Position numbers and translations under genes: made by a program. From the NCBI RefSeq assembly GCF_009834535.1, contig NC_045697.1:96598001-96662000 (forward strand): a stretch of 64,000 bases of DNA. The letters run 5' to 3'. Of the stretch, positions 10,481-24,584 are shown piece by piece. The notes under the pieces were generated by a model, which saw nothing but the letters and a program-made list of their open reading frames with translations, did not search any database and had not been told where the DNA came from. Every line of letters begins with the position of its first letter. The stretch's first letter is position 1. The stretch is from Camelus ferus. Lineage: Eukaryota.

Positions 10481-12979
10481 TTTAAGGTCTTTTTTTTTTT
10501 AAATAAATATCTAAAATATGGAGTTCTTTTATTTCTGGCATATATCATAGAAATATGTTCTCCAATTACAGTTACCTTACAGTAAAATGAGAGAACTATA
10601 CTATAGACAGAAGAGAAATAATCTGTTTTGCAGAATTCTTTTAGGTGTTAGAATTTTTGAAATTTTAAAGTCTTTAAAAACATAGATAACAATTTTTAGT
10701 GACCTACTTTTATCAAATCTTTACAAATACACTCTTTAGAAAAGTAATGAGATCATGTATTCTTTTCTTCTATTGTATCCTTTTCTATAACATTTATTAA
10801 ATTTTTTATAATAACAATAAGTAATTTTGGCATAAAGGGTTTTGGAAATAAACAACTGGTTCATGGCATTAAAAATCAGGCAGTTTGTTACAAGGGGTGA
10901 ACATTCTATAGCATGAGTCAGCGTTTGCACGGAGTCAATAGAGTGTATCAGTTAAACCATATAATTGTTTAGGAAGAAATTACTTAAAGTAGCTTCTACT
11001 GTACACAGATTCCAGGGGTCTCAAAAGTGGAAAATTTACTTTTGAAATAAATAAGCTCCTCTGATTTCCAACACTAGAAGTTTTGCTCAACAAGTATTCA
11101 GAGCATTTTCCTTTGATACATTAATTAATTTAAGTAATTAATTAAAACACAGGTAGAAGTCAATTTTTCCAGAAGTATATTTTAGAAACAGTTTTAGAAT
11201 ATATATAAAACAAAACTTTCAATAAAAACAGGGAAAAAAATTAAAAGTTATAAGCACTGAGAAAGATTATAGGTTTTTGCTAATACAGTCTTTAAAGCTT
11301 TTTAGACATTGGAAATCATTTAGACCTCATTCCTAAAATGAATTTAATTTCTTAGAAAAGTCAGATCTGAATTAATATTTCATATCTAATTAATCTTTAG
11401 TCTTTTTGCTCATGTTGATAAATTTAATATTCAAATGTATCACCAATCCATTCTATATTATATCAGGCAAAATTTAATGTGGCTACATCTCCCTGTCAAC
11501 CTCATCTCACTTTACTGCCCAACAATGATACCCTTTTCTACCCTGGCTGGTCTTACTTTCCTACCCAGAACAAGAGACTACATTGATCACCTTCTCCCTG
11601 AACTTCTTAAATTATCTTCTGATGGATGATACACTTAACTCCAGTATTTACAGATTAGTATATGAATTCAAGTCTTCTTTTCCCAGCAAAACAATGAAGT
11701 CTTTTAGCAGAAGAATTATAACAAAACTTTCTATTATAGTCACACACTAGTATAAATTTAAAGTGTATGATATTGGAGGGTATAAATAATTGTGAATCTC
11801 TTATTTCTTTAGTTTCAGTTTTCTAATAACAATTTTTTAAAACCACCACAAAATCTATGGATTTATATGAAGTATTAGTGCTCCTATTGGTATTCTGAAG
11901 AAAATAATTAAAGTGAAGATCAATCTTAAACATCCTGGATGTTTAGTGAAAGTAACGATTGTCTTCTTTTTTTGAAAAAAGTACAGAATTTGTGCTTTAC
12001 ATACAGTTGAATAAAGTGGGTACTATATACTTTGCTGTATTGATTATTTTAATATTATTATCTAGCTTAAACTGCATTCTAATATTTTGATTGTAGAATT
12101 GACTTCTATTTTCTTTAGTAATTTTTGATATGTTTATAATATTTGTTTTCATAAGAAAACATATAAACTATCATGAAATGAAGATTATAATTATATATTA
12201 ATAAATATGAGCAGACAAATGAAAACAAGAGCCTTTATGTATTGCTATTTATAAACTGCTTATAATTTGATATTATTGAAAGACTCTTCTCCCTTCCACA
12301 CAAAATTGTGATTAAAGCCAAAGAAGCTATTACATAAAATATATGATCTAGATAGAAGTATACCTAAGTAAATTATCAGAACCTGTGAAGATTAGCTATA
12401 ATGTCAGTTTTTTTTTTCTTTTTCACATTGCCTATGTGAAAAAAAGTAGAAAAGACTTTTTGACATATTCAGTATATATAACAAAGTATGTTATGTATCA
12501 TAAAGCAAAGGGAAACGTGTTGCTATTGTATAATTTAGCTTGTGCAGATTACCTTTCTCATGCTCAGGATTCATTTTTAAGTGTAACTATGTATTTAGTT
12601 ATAACTAATCTAATAGCTAAAAATATTTTCTTCAGTTTGTAGCTAGGTAAATACGTATTTGCCATGGTGCCTAAATCATGTGCCTGGTAGTAAGTAAATT
12701 GTGTAGCCATTGATATTCTACACAATATTTGATGTTCTCCAATAACTTGAAAAGTATTTTAAGTAGAACGGACATATGATATGCAAAAAAAGTATACATA
12801 TTCATTAGGTTCAGGAAATAATATAGCAAGTGTGTGTGGGCAACAGTGAGTGTTATTATGATGATTTTGCATTTTCACACTGTTTAAAATAGCCCTCAGT
12901 AATTTTATACACCCTTGGAAACAATACTGCTCCTTCTAGGATTTGAGACAATCAAATTCATTGAGAGATGATTTCTTAC

Positions 12980-13047
12980 CTATTTATATTCCATTAACTC
13001 TGATAATTCGTGTCGCTTCCAAAGATGCAACTTACAAGCGTGGAACA
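12980..13047 (-). other. Candidate 68-nt internal exon
   Basis: Minus strand: ctctttcatttttcctAG|TGTTCCACG...AAATAG|GTAAGA. Both splice sites are strong, and the exon holds 3 CpGs in otherwise depleted DNA. All three frames contain a stop. Confidence 0.4.
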
Positions 13048-14719
13048 CTAGGAAAAATGAAAGAGCCACACCTAGGGATTAAAGATCACAGAGCATGAGT
13101 TCACTATGTGCTCCATAGCCTCTCTGTCACTTTCCAGAAGAAATATCAAAAGAAAATGAATTTTAAGATACGCCTTATTTGGGAAAAGAAGTCGCAAAGT
13201 TACAGCATAAGACTGAGTCTATGTATTCCAGAGGGGCGTGAGTCTACCCTACTAAAAATGTGTTTGATTTTATTGGAGAAGCATTAGGAAATAAATATAT
13301 TTGTAAATATCACTGTTTGTACTTCTTCTTCACCTCCCCTGACTCTCTCCGTTTAAAGCAAAACTGAGAGGATAGGTACTAAATCCTATGGAAAGGAGCA
13401 GGGAGATGGCAACAGACAAGTGGGTTCAAGGCTGGGACAATCCCCAATCACTAGACAAAGGGTTTATTGCCTGGGGGGATTTTGTTCAACAAATGATCAT
13501 GTATGGTTTGACTTACCATCTGGAATAATTACAGAATACTCATTAAAATGACTTTAATCTGTTTAATTTTTAGAGAAAATAAATGCATATATTTTAACAC
13601 ATAAAAAAGTTAAATACAACTTACCACTGTTCCACAGACTACTAAATAAAAACACTAAGTAGTCATTTAAATGTATTTGATTACTATAATGACCTTGTTA
13701 AAAGATTATTGTTTATTTTATACAGATGAAAAATATTAAGTAGTGGAGCTAGAATTCTAAAGTTTGTGCCATTCCATTATACCACTTTACATCTCTATTT
13801 TTCATATGTAATACACAAAGACTATATACAAAACCACTGAAAAAGCAGATAAGCTATGGGGATAGGTTCAGCCTTGTTTTTGTCAATATGTTCTTTGCTA
13901 AATTCCAACCAAAAGCCATCATATTAAACATCTTTTTCCTTGAAAACAATACTTTAAAAAAATGCTACTTGACACTGAGTAGGCAACTTAAAATTAGATA
14001 AAAGTATATAAAGATAATCATGCCCCTTTTGAAAAATTAAAGCAATAAGTAAGTCCTCTGTCAAATGCAACTGACACATTGAGGCTTCTTCTGCACTGTG
14101 GTGGCATATAAGCTGCCAATATACAAATATATCTAGCTATAAATACAGATAACCTTTCTATGACTATATATTATTTTGGATAATATGATATATTAAGCAT
14201 GAAATTTAGATTTTGCAGATGAGGAATCTAATCACCCATGGCAGCTGTCATATTTAGAGCAACACATGAGAGATGGGAGAAATGTATAAATGTCAGGGAA
14301 CAGAAAGTCGTTTCAAGTATCAAGATTTCTCCAACAGATGGCTTGATAGCTTATTTTTTATATTCTATGAGTTCTAATTTTCACCATAGTAAATATATTT
14401 TAATAATACCTCATAAGTCAGATTAATTTGTTGGAGAAATCAAATAATGGGAAATAGGTTTACAAAATTATAAATACAGAACTGAAGAGTATTCTTCTTA
14501 GTTGTATGTCATAATGATGGTCAATAGTTCAAACTGAACTTCTATCCTATGAGATGCTGTAGATATAAGATTTGGGGAAAAGGGAGGATGAAGATCAAGG
14601 GAAACATAAAAAATGACTATCAAAAAAGCTGGTTTGCTGAAAGAGCTCTCAATGACAAAAGCTAGAATGACCCAGGTTAGAAAATTAATCAGGCAGTTCT
14701 GGATTATAACCCGAAATAT

Positions 14720-15110
14720 AAAAGAAATAGTCACAAGTCCATATTGACATTAATAAGTGATTGAATAAGTAAATCGATGGACAAATCTCTTGTACAAAAG
14801 AATGACAAAGAGTATATGTAAATAGTGTACCTTACAGGAGGTGGATCTTAATTCCTGTCACCAGCCCCTGTGGTCCCCTGTACACCCTTGTCCCCCCACC
14901 CCACTAACCCCCCACCCCCCACCCCCAGGGTGTTCTACACTTAGTGACTTGCTTCTAAAAATACAGTAAGGAAGGAAAAAATTGTAACGTTACAATGAAG
15001 GAAACTGGCAAACACCGCCTTAACCAACTGGTGACTATTTTAATGAGATTGTGAGGATATTAAGACCCTTGTGATAGATGCAGTGAGAAATATATGCGGT
15101 AAAGCAAATA
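14720..15110 (+). mobile_element. L1MC-type 3' UTR fragment
   Basis: Aligns by eye with 17850-18150 (agtccatattgacattaataa..., ttagtgacttgcttctaaaa...). Confidence 0.55.
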
Positions 15111-15654
15111 AAGCCAAATATCAAAAATTATTAAATCTGTGGATTAGAATTTGTCTTTAAGTCAATTTTTTAAAAATATTGGAGGTAAGCGTGACATTGA
15201 ACTCTTCTCAGAATCTCATCTTTTTAGTGTGAAGGCAAGTGAGCTAACAGCCAAAAAAATAAGAATAGTAAAAAGCAGAATTCTGAAAGAAATAAAGCAG
15301 GATGATGGGAGTCTTTAGTAAAGATGGACAAATCAATCAGGTATTAGAATACTAGATTTGTCTATATTTTGGCCTTTTGAAGTTCACTAGCCTGGAAAGT
15401 TACAGTTATAGATAGCAATGAAAACCAACTATAACTACTTTAGTTTCATTTTGTCTGCATATATTCAGAAGTTCTTTACAGAGGTCACAGTGGCCATGGA
15501 GACTGACACTCCAATATCCATAATTGTTCAAAAAATAGAAAGGAGCTTCATAGTGATTGTTAGAAAAGGTGTTCCTTGCACTGACACTCGGTGTGATTTC
15601 TCCACTATCTCCTTGGCAATTAGTTTGACCAAAAGCTCCAAATCCTCTATTACT

Positions 15655-16730
15655 GTTTATTCATTTACTCAGCAAACATTTATCAATCATACCCAATATA
15701 CCCAACTTTGCAATTAACACTAGAATGAATTTCATTGGTTTCCCTTAGTTATAATACACAGATAATAAATACAGATTGTCTAAATCTAGGAGAGCTGTAA
15801 TAGAGTTAGGCACATAGTGAGAACTCTGGAAGCCCAGAGAAAGTGTTCATTCCCTCAAATTTCACAGGTAGGTGGGTCTTAGTAGGTAAGTAGAACTAAG
15901 TCTTAACAGTTTAGTGAGTGAACCACAAGTATAAGGAAAATTAACAAAGGCATAGGAGAGGGAAGAGCATTCCAGGCAAAGGAAATACTATGTCAAAAAG
16001 CACTGAGGCAGGAGAAGCATAATTCATTTTATGAAATGTATGTGTTTCCAGATAATTGAAGTCAAGTATTCATGTCAGAGTATGAGGGATATGGTTGGAA
16101 CTAGCTGAGTGTCTTATTTGCTATGATTTAAAAAAAAAAAAAAAGGAAATGATGAAGGAAGGAGAGAAAGAAAGAAAGAAAGAGAAGTTAACTTTGTCCT
16201 GAAGACAATGCAATAGAGTACTATGATTACTTTATATATATTTGGAAACAATGAAACTGACAGTAGTGCAGAGAATAAATTAGGGAAGTTATAACTGAAG
16301 GCACGAAAGGGAATTGAGAGTCTGTATGCTAATCTAAACAAGCTTCCCTAACAGTAATAGTAAAATAAAAGCATAAAATTTAAGAGACATTAGAGAAGGA
16401 GAATTAACTGGACCTTTTAATCACTGGATTAGGGAGTGGAAAAAGCAAGGTGTTAAGCCTGGGTCCCCTGCTTCCTGCTTGAGGGGTAGGTGAATAGGGA
16501 GGACAGTCACCATGGTATAGGACACAGGGAGAGAAAAAAAGTGAGACAGAGAGTTTGAGCAAAGCTTGGACATAGTAATTTTTCAATGCCTATGGAACAC
16601 CTGAATAACTGATTCATATATAAAAATCTCAATTTTTAGTTTTTGGGAAGTGATTTAGACTAGACATACATATTCATTAATAAAAAATATAGAAGTGTGT
16701 ATTTAAATCATGGGACAAGATAAGTGTTAA
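15655..16730 (-). mobile_element. L2 LINE fossil
   Basis: Starts with a reverse L2 tail (ttattcatttactcagcaaacatttatc), followed by typical L2 motifs such as gggaagagcattccaggcaaaggaaa. Confidence 0.7.
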
Positions 16731-17559
16731 AATTAGAGACTTTAAGAGTCATTCTTTCTACTCAGCAGTGTTCTAACCAAGAGCTAATTGAAGGACCCAA
16801 ATTGGGATTAAAGTATCCATTTTATAAATGGGCCAAGTAGATGCTCCAAATCCCAAGATGTAGGGCTACTTAGTGAGGTTAGAAATGAGAATACAAGTGG
16901 GCCTGGATGAGAATAGAAACCTCAAAGGACTTGTCCACTGTTAGAGTTTACACATTAAGTCCTAGGCTGAAAAGCTGGAGCACAGCAAAAGGAGGACTTG
17001 TTGCAACATCCAGAGGCATCTTAGCACGGAGACCAGAATTCCAAGACAAGCGCCCTATGTCAGCACAGGTGGTGGAAAGACTAATAGAAGACATGCCAGG
17101 AATAGCCACGCAGTCTCAATATCTCAGCTCTGCCTTATGTAAAACATAACCTAATAGATATCAAGCTCTCACTCATCTCCTATTACAGTCTGTTTGCAAG
17201 TAGACAGGTATAGAGGGGAATTAAGTGCCTTGTTTAGAAACTGTCTGATTAAGGGATGAACAGGAGAAACCTTGATACGACTTCCTCTTAATGGAGAAGG
17301 TAGCCCCATCTCCATATTTGCTGAATTGTGAATATAAGAGGATAATTGGTGTCCTCTAATGGGAAGGTCACTCAGGAGAGGCAATGAATGCAGGAGAAGA
17401 AGAATAAGGATAAATATCTAGAGAACAGAAAAAAGGAGGGCAGGGGGAGGAAGTGGGGGTAGGCAGAAGGAAAGGGAACTTTAAAAAAATGGAGAGGAAA
17501 CTACAAAAAAGGGAAGAAACAATGAAAAAAATAAAGGATGCCACAACTAGCACCCAGAT

Positions 17560-18560
17560 TTGGTCTCTAGTACCATTTTCCAATATCAGGAAACAAGGCC
17601 TCTGGAACTAGATCAGGCCCTCGATCTAGGACAGGAAAGATACACAATGAATTTGGAGCATCTTCATAGTGCCACAAAGTAAGGGCATGCTCACAAAAGA
17701 GGAAGAAAACGAAAACACAATGATGGGGATAAACCAAAGGGACACAGGAGTCAACTGAAAGAACTCCGAAGGACCAAAGCTGGAACAATTTAAGCAACAA
17801 AATAAAGAAAGTTGTACTGGATTATAACTCAAAAGTATAAAATAAATATCCATGAGTCCATACTGAGATAAATAAATTATTAAATAAATAAATGATAGGG
17901 GAAAATAGACAACTTTCCTGTGCAGAAGAATTACAAATAATATATGTAGATACTCTGTCTTCAGGATGCAGAACATGACTCCCTGCTCTAAGTGTGGTCT
18001 GTGCTCAGTGACTGCCTCCTAAAGACTATGGTGTGGAAAGGGACTGGGGAGAGAGTAACTTTATAGTAATGTTAACCTTGATCAGTGTTAATATCAACAG
18101 TGATAAATTATGTTGCTAATATGCACCCTTGATATAATGTGATGAGAATGGCACTTTACCTCTATGATCTCTCTCCAAAAACCTATAACCTTAATCTAGT
18201 CATAAGACAAACAGCAGACCAATCCCAAATTGAGGGATATTTTACAATATAGCAAAGCAGTACTCCTCAAAACTGTTAAGGTCTCAAAAAACAAGGAAAT
18301 TCTGAGAGACCGACACAACCAAGAAAAGCCTATGGAGCTATGTCAGCTCAAGTGATGGACTATACTGGATGGGATCCTGGCCCAGAACGGACTTTAATAA
18401 TAATAAGTCAATATTATTTCACTAATTGTGACAAATATGCTATACTAACTTAAGATATTAATAATAGGGGAAATTGAGTGTGGGGCATATAAGCACCCTC
18501 TGAACTATCCTTTCAACTTTTCTGTAAATCTAAAACAAAACATTTACCCAAAAAAAAGAC
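17560..18560 (+). mobile_element. L1MC-type (L1MC3-like) 3' UTR
   Basis: caaagctggaacaatttaagcaacaaaata, gatgagaatggcactttacctct and aacttttctgtaaatctaaaa followed by an A-rich tail. Confidence 0.75.
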
Positions 18561-19629
18561 AGGTTAAAAACAGGGTTTTGGTTATGAGAATGGTCAAATA
18601 AAAAAATAACGACCAGAGAGTGTTTACTGAATTTGGTCAACAGGATTTCTGGGGAGATGCTATAATAGCCACATAAATGCTAGAATAAAAGGATACAGCT
18701 GTGAACTGGGGAGTAAACAATAATGTAGACAATGAGAGCAACATGTACAAAACACCTCCTTTAACTTATTTATGACCCAGGGAGAAAAAAAAAGGAGCAC
18801 GGGTGAGAAAGAGGTGTTTATAAACCATAAATAGAAAACAAAGCTCATTATTAGTAGAAGTTAAAACAAGAAGGGGTGAATAAATAATTGTGGGTGGAAA
18901 GTTCCCAAGACAGTATGGTGGATGATACCTAAAGCACAGGAAAAATAATTAGCCCTGAATAGGGAGAAAAAAACTTCTCTCTCCAAGACCATAGTCTCAG
19001 TGTCATAGGAAGGAAGACTATAGTGAGTTGATATGCAGATTAGCTAAGTCATACTGAGGGAGCTGAGAAGATGCACAATTTTCATGTTCTGTGGATAGCA
19101 TGATAGCTCACAAATGTCAGCTAGTAAGAGATATCCTTTTCCTTTGCTGCCCTAAGAAAAGAATTGTGTGTTTCTCAGTTTATAGTTGTGAAATCTTTCT
19201 TTCCTTGAAGTCAAGGTGGTTGTTCCAGATCTCCTTCCTGATACTGGTTATTCTCTTAATTTTGAAATTTCTAAATTAAATTTTATGTTACACAATTTTC
19301 TCTACATATCCTGTATTAAGTTTTTAAGATCTATCTATGTTGACACATTAACATATAATTGTATGAATTAAAGTTTTTTTCTCATTATTTTATGGAAGGA
19401 CACTTAAGTAATTTTAATTTTTTTCATATTACAAACAACACTAAAATGAACATTTGTGTAAATGTATTCTGGTATACAATATAAAATCTCCCTGAGATAA
19501 ATCCAAAATCACAATCTCCGTGTCCTAAAGTAGGATTAAGTTTCAGCAAGTGTCCTTTACTTTTCCTTGGGCTAAGCTTTCAAAGTTTTGTTTTATTTTT
19601 TAACTTGCCCCATTTCAGGCACAGAGCAC

Positions 19630-20150
19630 ACTTTTTACTGACAACTTCCTAAAGGTAGATGCATTGCTAAGTATAACTGAAACTACAAAGAGAAAAAAGG
19701 GCACAATGCATGAAATTTCATGTTACAAGAGTGACTGTGACAGGTGCTAGAATACAATTACCACATGATATGGATACCCAACAGATGCAGAGATTTTACA
19801 TTCCAACCAGAGGAACAGGGTGACTTCATGAGTATTGTGGTCTTTGAACTTAACCTTAGAAGATCATAATGATTGCAACAGAAAAATGAGCTTTGAAGGA
19901 GGGGGAAGCTACCTCAAATGGAAGAAGAAAGTGCTTCAAGGCAAATGAGGGAAAGATTCTAAAGTATGTTCAAGAACAGTGAATTCTGGATGGAGCAGCA
20001 AAAGTTGTAAAGAGTAGTTTTGGAAGTTTTGGAAGAAAGGTATGCTGTGTCCAGTTCATACAGGTCCTTAAATACATTGCTAAGATTATCCTTTATTCTA
20101 AAAGAACTAGAGAACAATTAAAGCCATAGACTAAAGTGACCTGACTTGCA
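19630..20150 (-). mobile_element. L2 LINE fossil
   Basis: Degenerate reverse L2 motifs (tctttgaacttaaccttagaagat, ctaagattatcctttattct). Confidence 0.5.
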
Positions 20151-20244
20151 ACAGATATGCTTTGGCTCTAAATAACAGCCCCACATAAACCAACTTAACT
20201 CATCTGAAAAAGTTTTAAATGTAACTGATTCATTATGTTACTAG

Positions 20245-20515
20245 ATTATATGATTTCACTTATAGGTGGAAAATAAAATAAATGAACAAAGCAAACAAAA
20301 CAAAAACATGTAGATACAGGGAATCAGGTTCCCAGAGGGGAGGGGGTGGAGGGGGTAAAACGGGTAAAGAGGGGTCAACTGTACATGATGGATGGCAACT
20401 AGATGTTTGGCGGTGCATACGCCAGTAGTGCAAACAAAGTCAAAATATAATGTATATAGGAAGCTTATATAATGTGATAAACTAATTTTACCTCAATTTT
20501 AAATAAATAAATAAC
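20245..20515 (+). mobile_element. 5'-truncated L1 3' end
   Basis: atatgatttcacttataggtggaa (ORF2 end), a G-rich 3' UTR tract and an (aaat)n tail. It appears to sit inside an old MLT1-like LTR (about 20160-20900). Confidence 0.75.
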
Positions 20516-21039
20516 CCTATTAATGTGCAGCTTACAAGGTTAAAGCAGAATAACTGATACATATGGGGGGAAAAAAGAGCTCCTAGACATAGTGTAGACA
20601 GAGGGTTTGCAAATTCAATAGCACAGTCATTTCATCAAAGACCGGAAGCTTTCTATCAGTCTGCCTCGTCATCCCCATGTGCAGGTGATGTTTCCCTTCA
20701 TGGATGAAAAATAGCTACACCAGTTCGAAGCCTCACAGGCAGAAAGCTGATGTCCTATTAAAAATGGGCATTTTCAATCTTGAATCTCTTTTAGTCCATA
20801 AGCAAAACCTGTCCTAGAAGCGTACAGATTTCCCATCAGGTACAATTTGCTAAAAAAGCCACTGGCCATGACAAAAAACAATCATGCCAAGGAAATAAAA
20901 CAAACACAACTGCCCTGGACCAGTTATGATGAAATCAAAGGCACTACAGAAAGCTGTTGTTCCTAGGGACAAGGGCTAGTAAACACCAAAGCAGCGTCGG
21001 GACTTTCCCAGTAGAGGGGAAGGTGGTGGTTGTGTGCAT

Positions 21040-21800
21040 ATAAACAAGTGTATCCGACATAGAAGCGTATAAGATGTAGGACATGAAGGGATATTGGCAA
21101 TACGCTGGCCAATGAAGGGCCTATTTTAAGAGTTGTCATGAAAGCCTAATTTAGGAGAGTAACAGTGATGAATGAAAAGATGAGATTGTGTCAGGGGACA
21201 CTGGGAAAGTAAATTAAGAAAATTAAGGAGAATGTGTCAGATGGATGGGGGCATAGTTGATAACTGAGAGTAAAAACAGCTTGAATGATGGTTCTAGAAG
21301 GACTGGAAAAAGTAGACATATTTATCATAGAAATAAAGAATGCATAAGAGAGGCAGATGGGCATTGAAGATGTTGGACAGTGTTTGGGGATATTAATTTT
21401 AAGGGGCTATTAAGGTACCCAATAAAAACTTCCCATAAATACCTAAAAATGTAATTTAGTAATTGTTAAAGCTAGGGAACTAGAGATCTCCAAGGAAGGG
21501 AAGTGATTAAAAAGAAGAGTAAAGAAATGGAAAAATTCTGTATTTAGGGAAAGACAAAGGAGAAGCTAAAAGAGCATATTTAAAAACAGTAGATGTACAC
21601 TTAGATAAAAATCTAGAATAAGCAAATCCATGTAATAAGAAGGCTGAGAAATTGTGATTAGTCATTTGTAACCTATTCACTTATTCAGCAGAGTGCATGG
21701 AGTACACAGTGATTATGGTGGGGTAAAAAACGAGGGAGGTACACACCGGGGACCAGTGAGTGTAGGCTACTTTTCACTCTTCAAGAAATTTGGTAATAAA
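21040..21800 (-). mobile_element. L2 LINE fossil
   Basis: Purine-rich degenerate reverse L2 body ending gtgagtgtaggctacttttc...tcaagaaatttgg. Confidence 0.5.
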
Positions 21801-22031
21801 AGAAAAGACAGGCACTGGATTTAAGCTAAGTGATTTTTTCCTGTTTGATAAATGTTGTTTGATTCTTGTTTATTTATTTTTATAATGATAAATGACTCTG
21901 ACCATCATTATATGATATACAAATGACCTAGAAGAAAAGGAAGTATTAAACATAAAAGACAATGCAAGACTTTAAAAGTCTAATTGTTCTCAGAAGCAGA
22001 AAACAAAGATGAGGTCAAGAGTAAAAGTACA

Positions 22032-22252
22032 AACTGGGAGTTCGAGATTTGCACACACTAACTACTATATATAAAATAGATAAACAACAGGTTCATACTG
22101 TATAGCACAGGGAGCTATATTCAATATCTAGTAGTAACCTCATGAAAAAAGAATATGAAAACAAATATATGCATGTATTATGACTGAAACATTATGCTGT
22201 ACACCAGAAATTGACACAACATTGTAAACTGACTCTAGTTCAATTTAGAAAA
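22032..22252 (+). mobile_element. Younger 5'-truncated L1 3' end with TSD
   Basis: tactgtatagcacaggg...ttgtaaactgactctagttcaat plus an A tail. TSD aagagtaaaagtaca (22017-22031) versus aaaagtgaaagtaca (22253-22267), 13/15 match. Confidence 0.9.
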
Positions 22253-22706
22253 AAAAGTGAAAGTACAGTGATAAGCTTCAGAAGGAAATGGGTTTACTAA
22301 CTGGAAAGAAAAGGAAAATAATTGCTGATCATTTTATTAGTAGAGGATAGAGAAATGATTAAAGAGATTATCCACCACCACCATCCCCCCATAAAAAAGA
22401 ATGCACCGTAGTTCCTCCTTTTACTGCATGGGATTATTTTTAACATTTGTGGTCATACTGTGTTTACCATTTTGGTAAATATCCATGAGTGTGTACATGT
22501 TCATATGCGGAAAGAAGATAAATGATGAAATCTCAATCCATCTAGGAAAACAAAAGAAAACATCATGTGCTTGAAGAAAGGAATAAATACACAGAGGGAA
22601 ATATATGAAAATAAATAAAGATTATTATAAATGAAGCAACAGAGAGGGGTCCTATGATCTGCACAGGCCATGACAAAAACAATCATGTACGTTGTTTTTA
22701 GTTATA

Positions 22707-22771
22707 GTAGATTATTATTAGTTATGATCTCTGTGCCAGTTGTAGATTATTATTATAATCTCTGTGCCAGT
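22707..22771. repeat. Imperfect ~32-bp tandem duplication
   Basis: gtagattattattagttatgatctctgtgccagt followed by gtagattattattataatctctgtgccagt. Confidence 0.85.
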
Positions 22772-22799
22772 CAAGCAATCAGTCCCTACGCAGCAAACT

Positions 22800-23315
22800 G
22801 TTGGCAGCTGTCAGGATAGCTTGTGGTACTTACAGAGATTCGTCTGAAATGGTTACAATGAGCCCAAATGGAGTTGGCAAGTTTATTCCTTTCACAGACA
22901 GCAAAACCACAGTCAGTGATGTCAATTTCTCACATCCCTGGTTCTACAGCCCACATCAAACAGAAGGAGCCAGATGATAGACAAGATGAGTGTGAAAGCT
23001 CTGTCTTGAGGGAGCCAACTCACAGTCAAGCAGTTTTACAGTCTGCAGCCATACCCGAATGAGGGCAAGACAGAAAGTCCCAATACTGATGGAACTAAGG
23101 AGGCAGATGAGAAACTGCCTCCTAATAGACTCCTGCAAGATAGGAGGTAACCAAGAAACAGCCTTGTGACAGCCCCTATCTCACCATGTTGCAGGGAGGA
23201 TGCCAGCACATTCCACCAACACTTGGTTCAGACCGTGGTTGAGTCTTCCCTACGTGGCCACCATGGAGATCAGCGAGATTGCCAGATGCTATCATAGAGC
23301 CATACCGGCTGCAAT
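22800..23315 (-). mobile_element. Old ERVL-type LTR (MER73/MER74-like)
   Basis: A ~500-bp GC-richer block with a minus-strand AATAAA (caagtttattcc near 22880) at an LTR-like position. The family name is tentative. Confidence 0.45.
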
Positions 23316-24095
23316 GGACTATTCATTCTACCCATCATTCTCTTTAAAATCTTCTGGATGTTTCTTATGCCATTATCTCCAAGAAAACCTATTTCTTCAC
23401 AAAGATAAAAATTACATGACTTGTTGCTTTTACTTAACAGAGACATTGATATACCTTCATTTTCTCTTGTATGATTACTTATTAAATCCCTATGGTGTGA
23501 CATTTCCTATTAAAGGAATAAATGAATGTATTTTCATACCTTTGTCAATGTAAAATAATCAAATCTCTGCATTAGTGACTCACATCAAAGAGGCTGGCCT
23601 AATTCACAAGTTATAAAATGAAAAGTCATATTAAAATAAAAAAGTAAAACTGTAACAGTTGAAAATAAGAATATAAAGATGTGTATGCATAATGAGCTAC
23701 TAATCAAAATTACCCACTCAGAATTTCTTGCAGAGGGAAACGCAGAACAGTTTAAAATGAATGAACAGCTCAATGAGCAGGCAAATGAGAATGATTAGAA
23801 AAACACATTCTCTTACATAAAAATAGAAATGTGTAAAATAAAGTATATGTGCATTTTATACACATTTGGTTGACTTTCTTTAATGGATTCTGGCTTTTTA
23901 GCTATTTTTTAAAGTTAGTTCTTGAAAATTAAAACTCTTAGGTTGACTTACTGATCCCTCAATTGCCTTTTCTCATTTTCCTTCCCACTATCAAAAGAAA
24001 ACAAAAATGCAAAGCTTTCTGCTTGACTCTAGATCCATCTCTGAAGAAAATTACAAGGGAAACTAAGAGAATGTGTGTACCTGCTTACGCGGAGA

Positions 24096-24584
24096 TGTAT
24101 TAGTCAGGGTTCTCTTGAGAAATAGAACCAATGCTATATACATATACACACACACATTTATATACACACATATACACACACATATACATTTATAATAGGA
24201 AACGGCTTACATGATCATGGAGGACAAGAAGTCCCACGATCTGCCTTCTGCAAGTTGCAAAACCAGGAAAGCTGGCGGTGTAATTCATTCTAAGCCCAAA
24301 GGCCCGAGAACCAGAAGCTCTAATGTTGAAGGTGAGAAAAGATGGACATCTCAGCTCAAGAAGAGAGAGAATTCATCCTTGCTTCCCCTTTTGTTCTATC
24401 CAGGCCCACAAAGAATTGGAAGAGGCTCATCCACATGGGTGAGGGCAGATCTCTTTACTCAGTCTACTGAATCAAATGCTAATTTCTTCCAGAAACACCC
24501 TCACAGACACCCAGAAAAAGTGGTTTACCAGCTGTCGGGGTATCCCTTAGCCCAGTCAGTTTACACATAAAATTAACCATCTCA
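24096..24584 (-). mobile_element. MLT2 (ERVL) solo LTR containing a CA/TA microsatellite
   Basis: tgtattagtcagggttctc...agaaacaccctcacagacac...acacataaaattaaccatctca are characteristic reverse MLT2 ends. Confidence 0.9.

Noticed and set aside
12941..13099. 52-codon plus-strand open frame after ctccttctag
   Set aside because: No recognisable homology or donor. The minus-strand exon model has better splice signals.
24211..24570. 119-aa ORF
   Set aside because: It lies entirely within the MLT2 LTR, so it is a chance frame.
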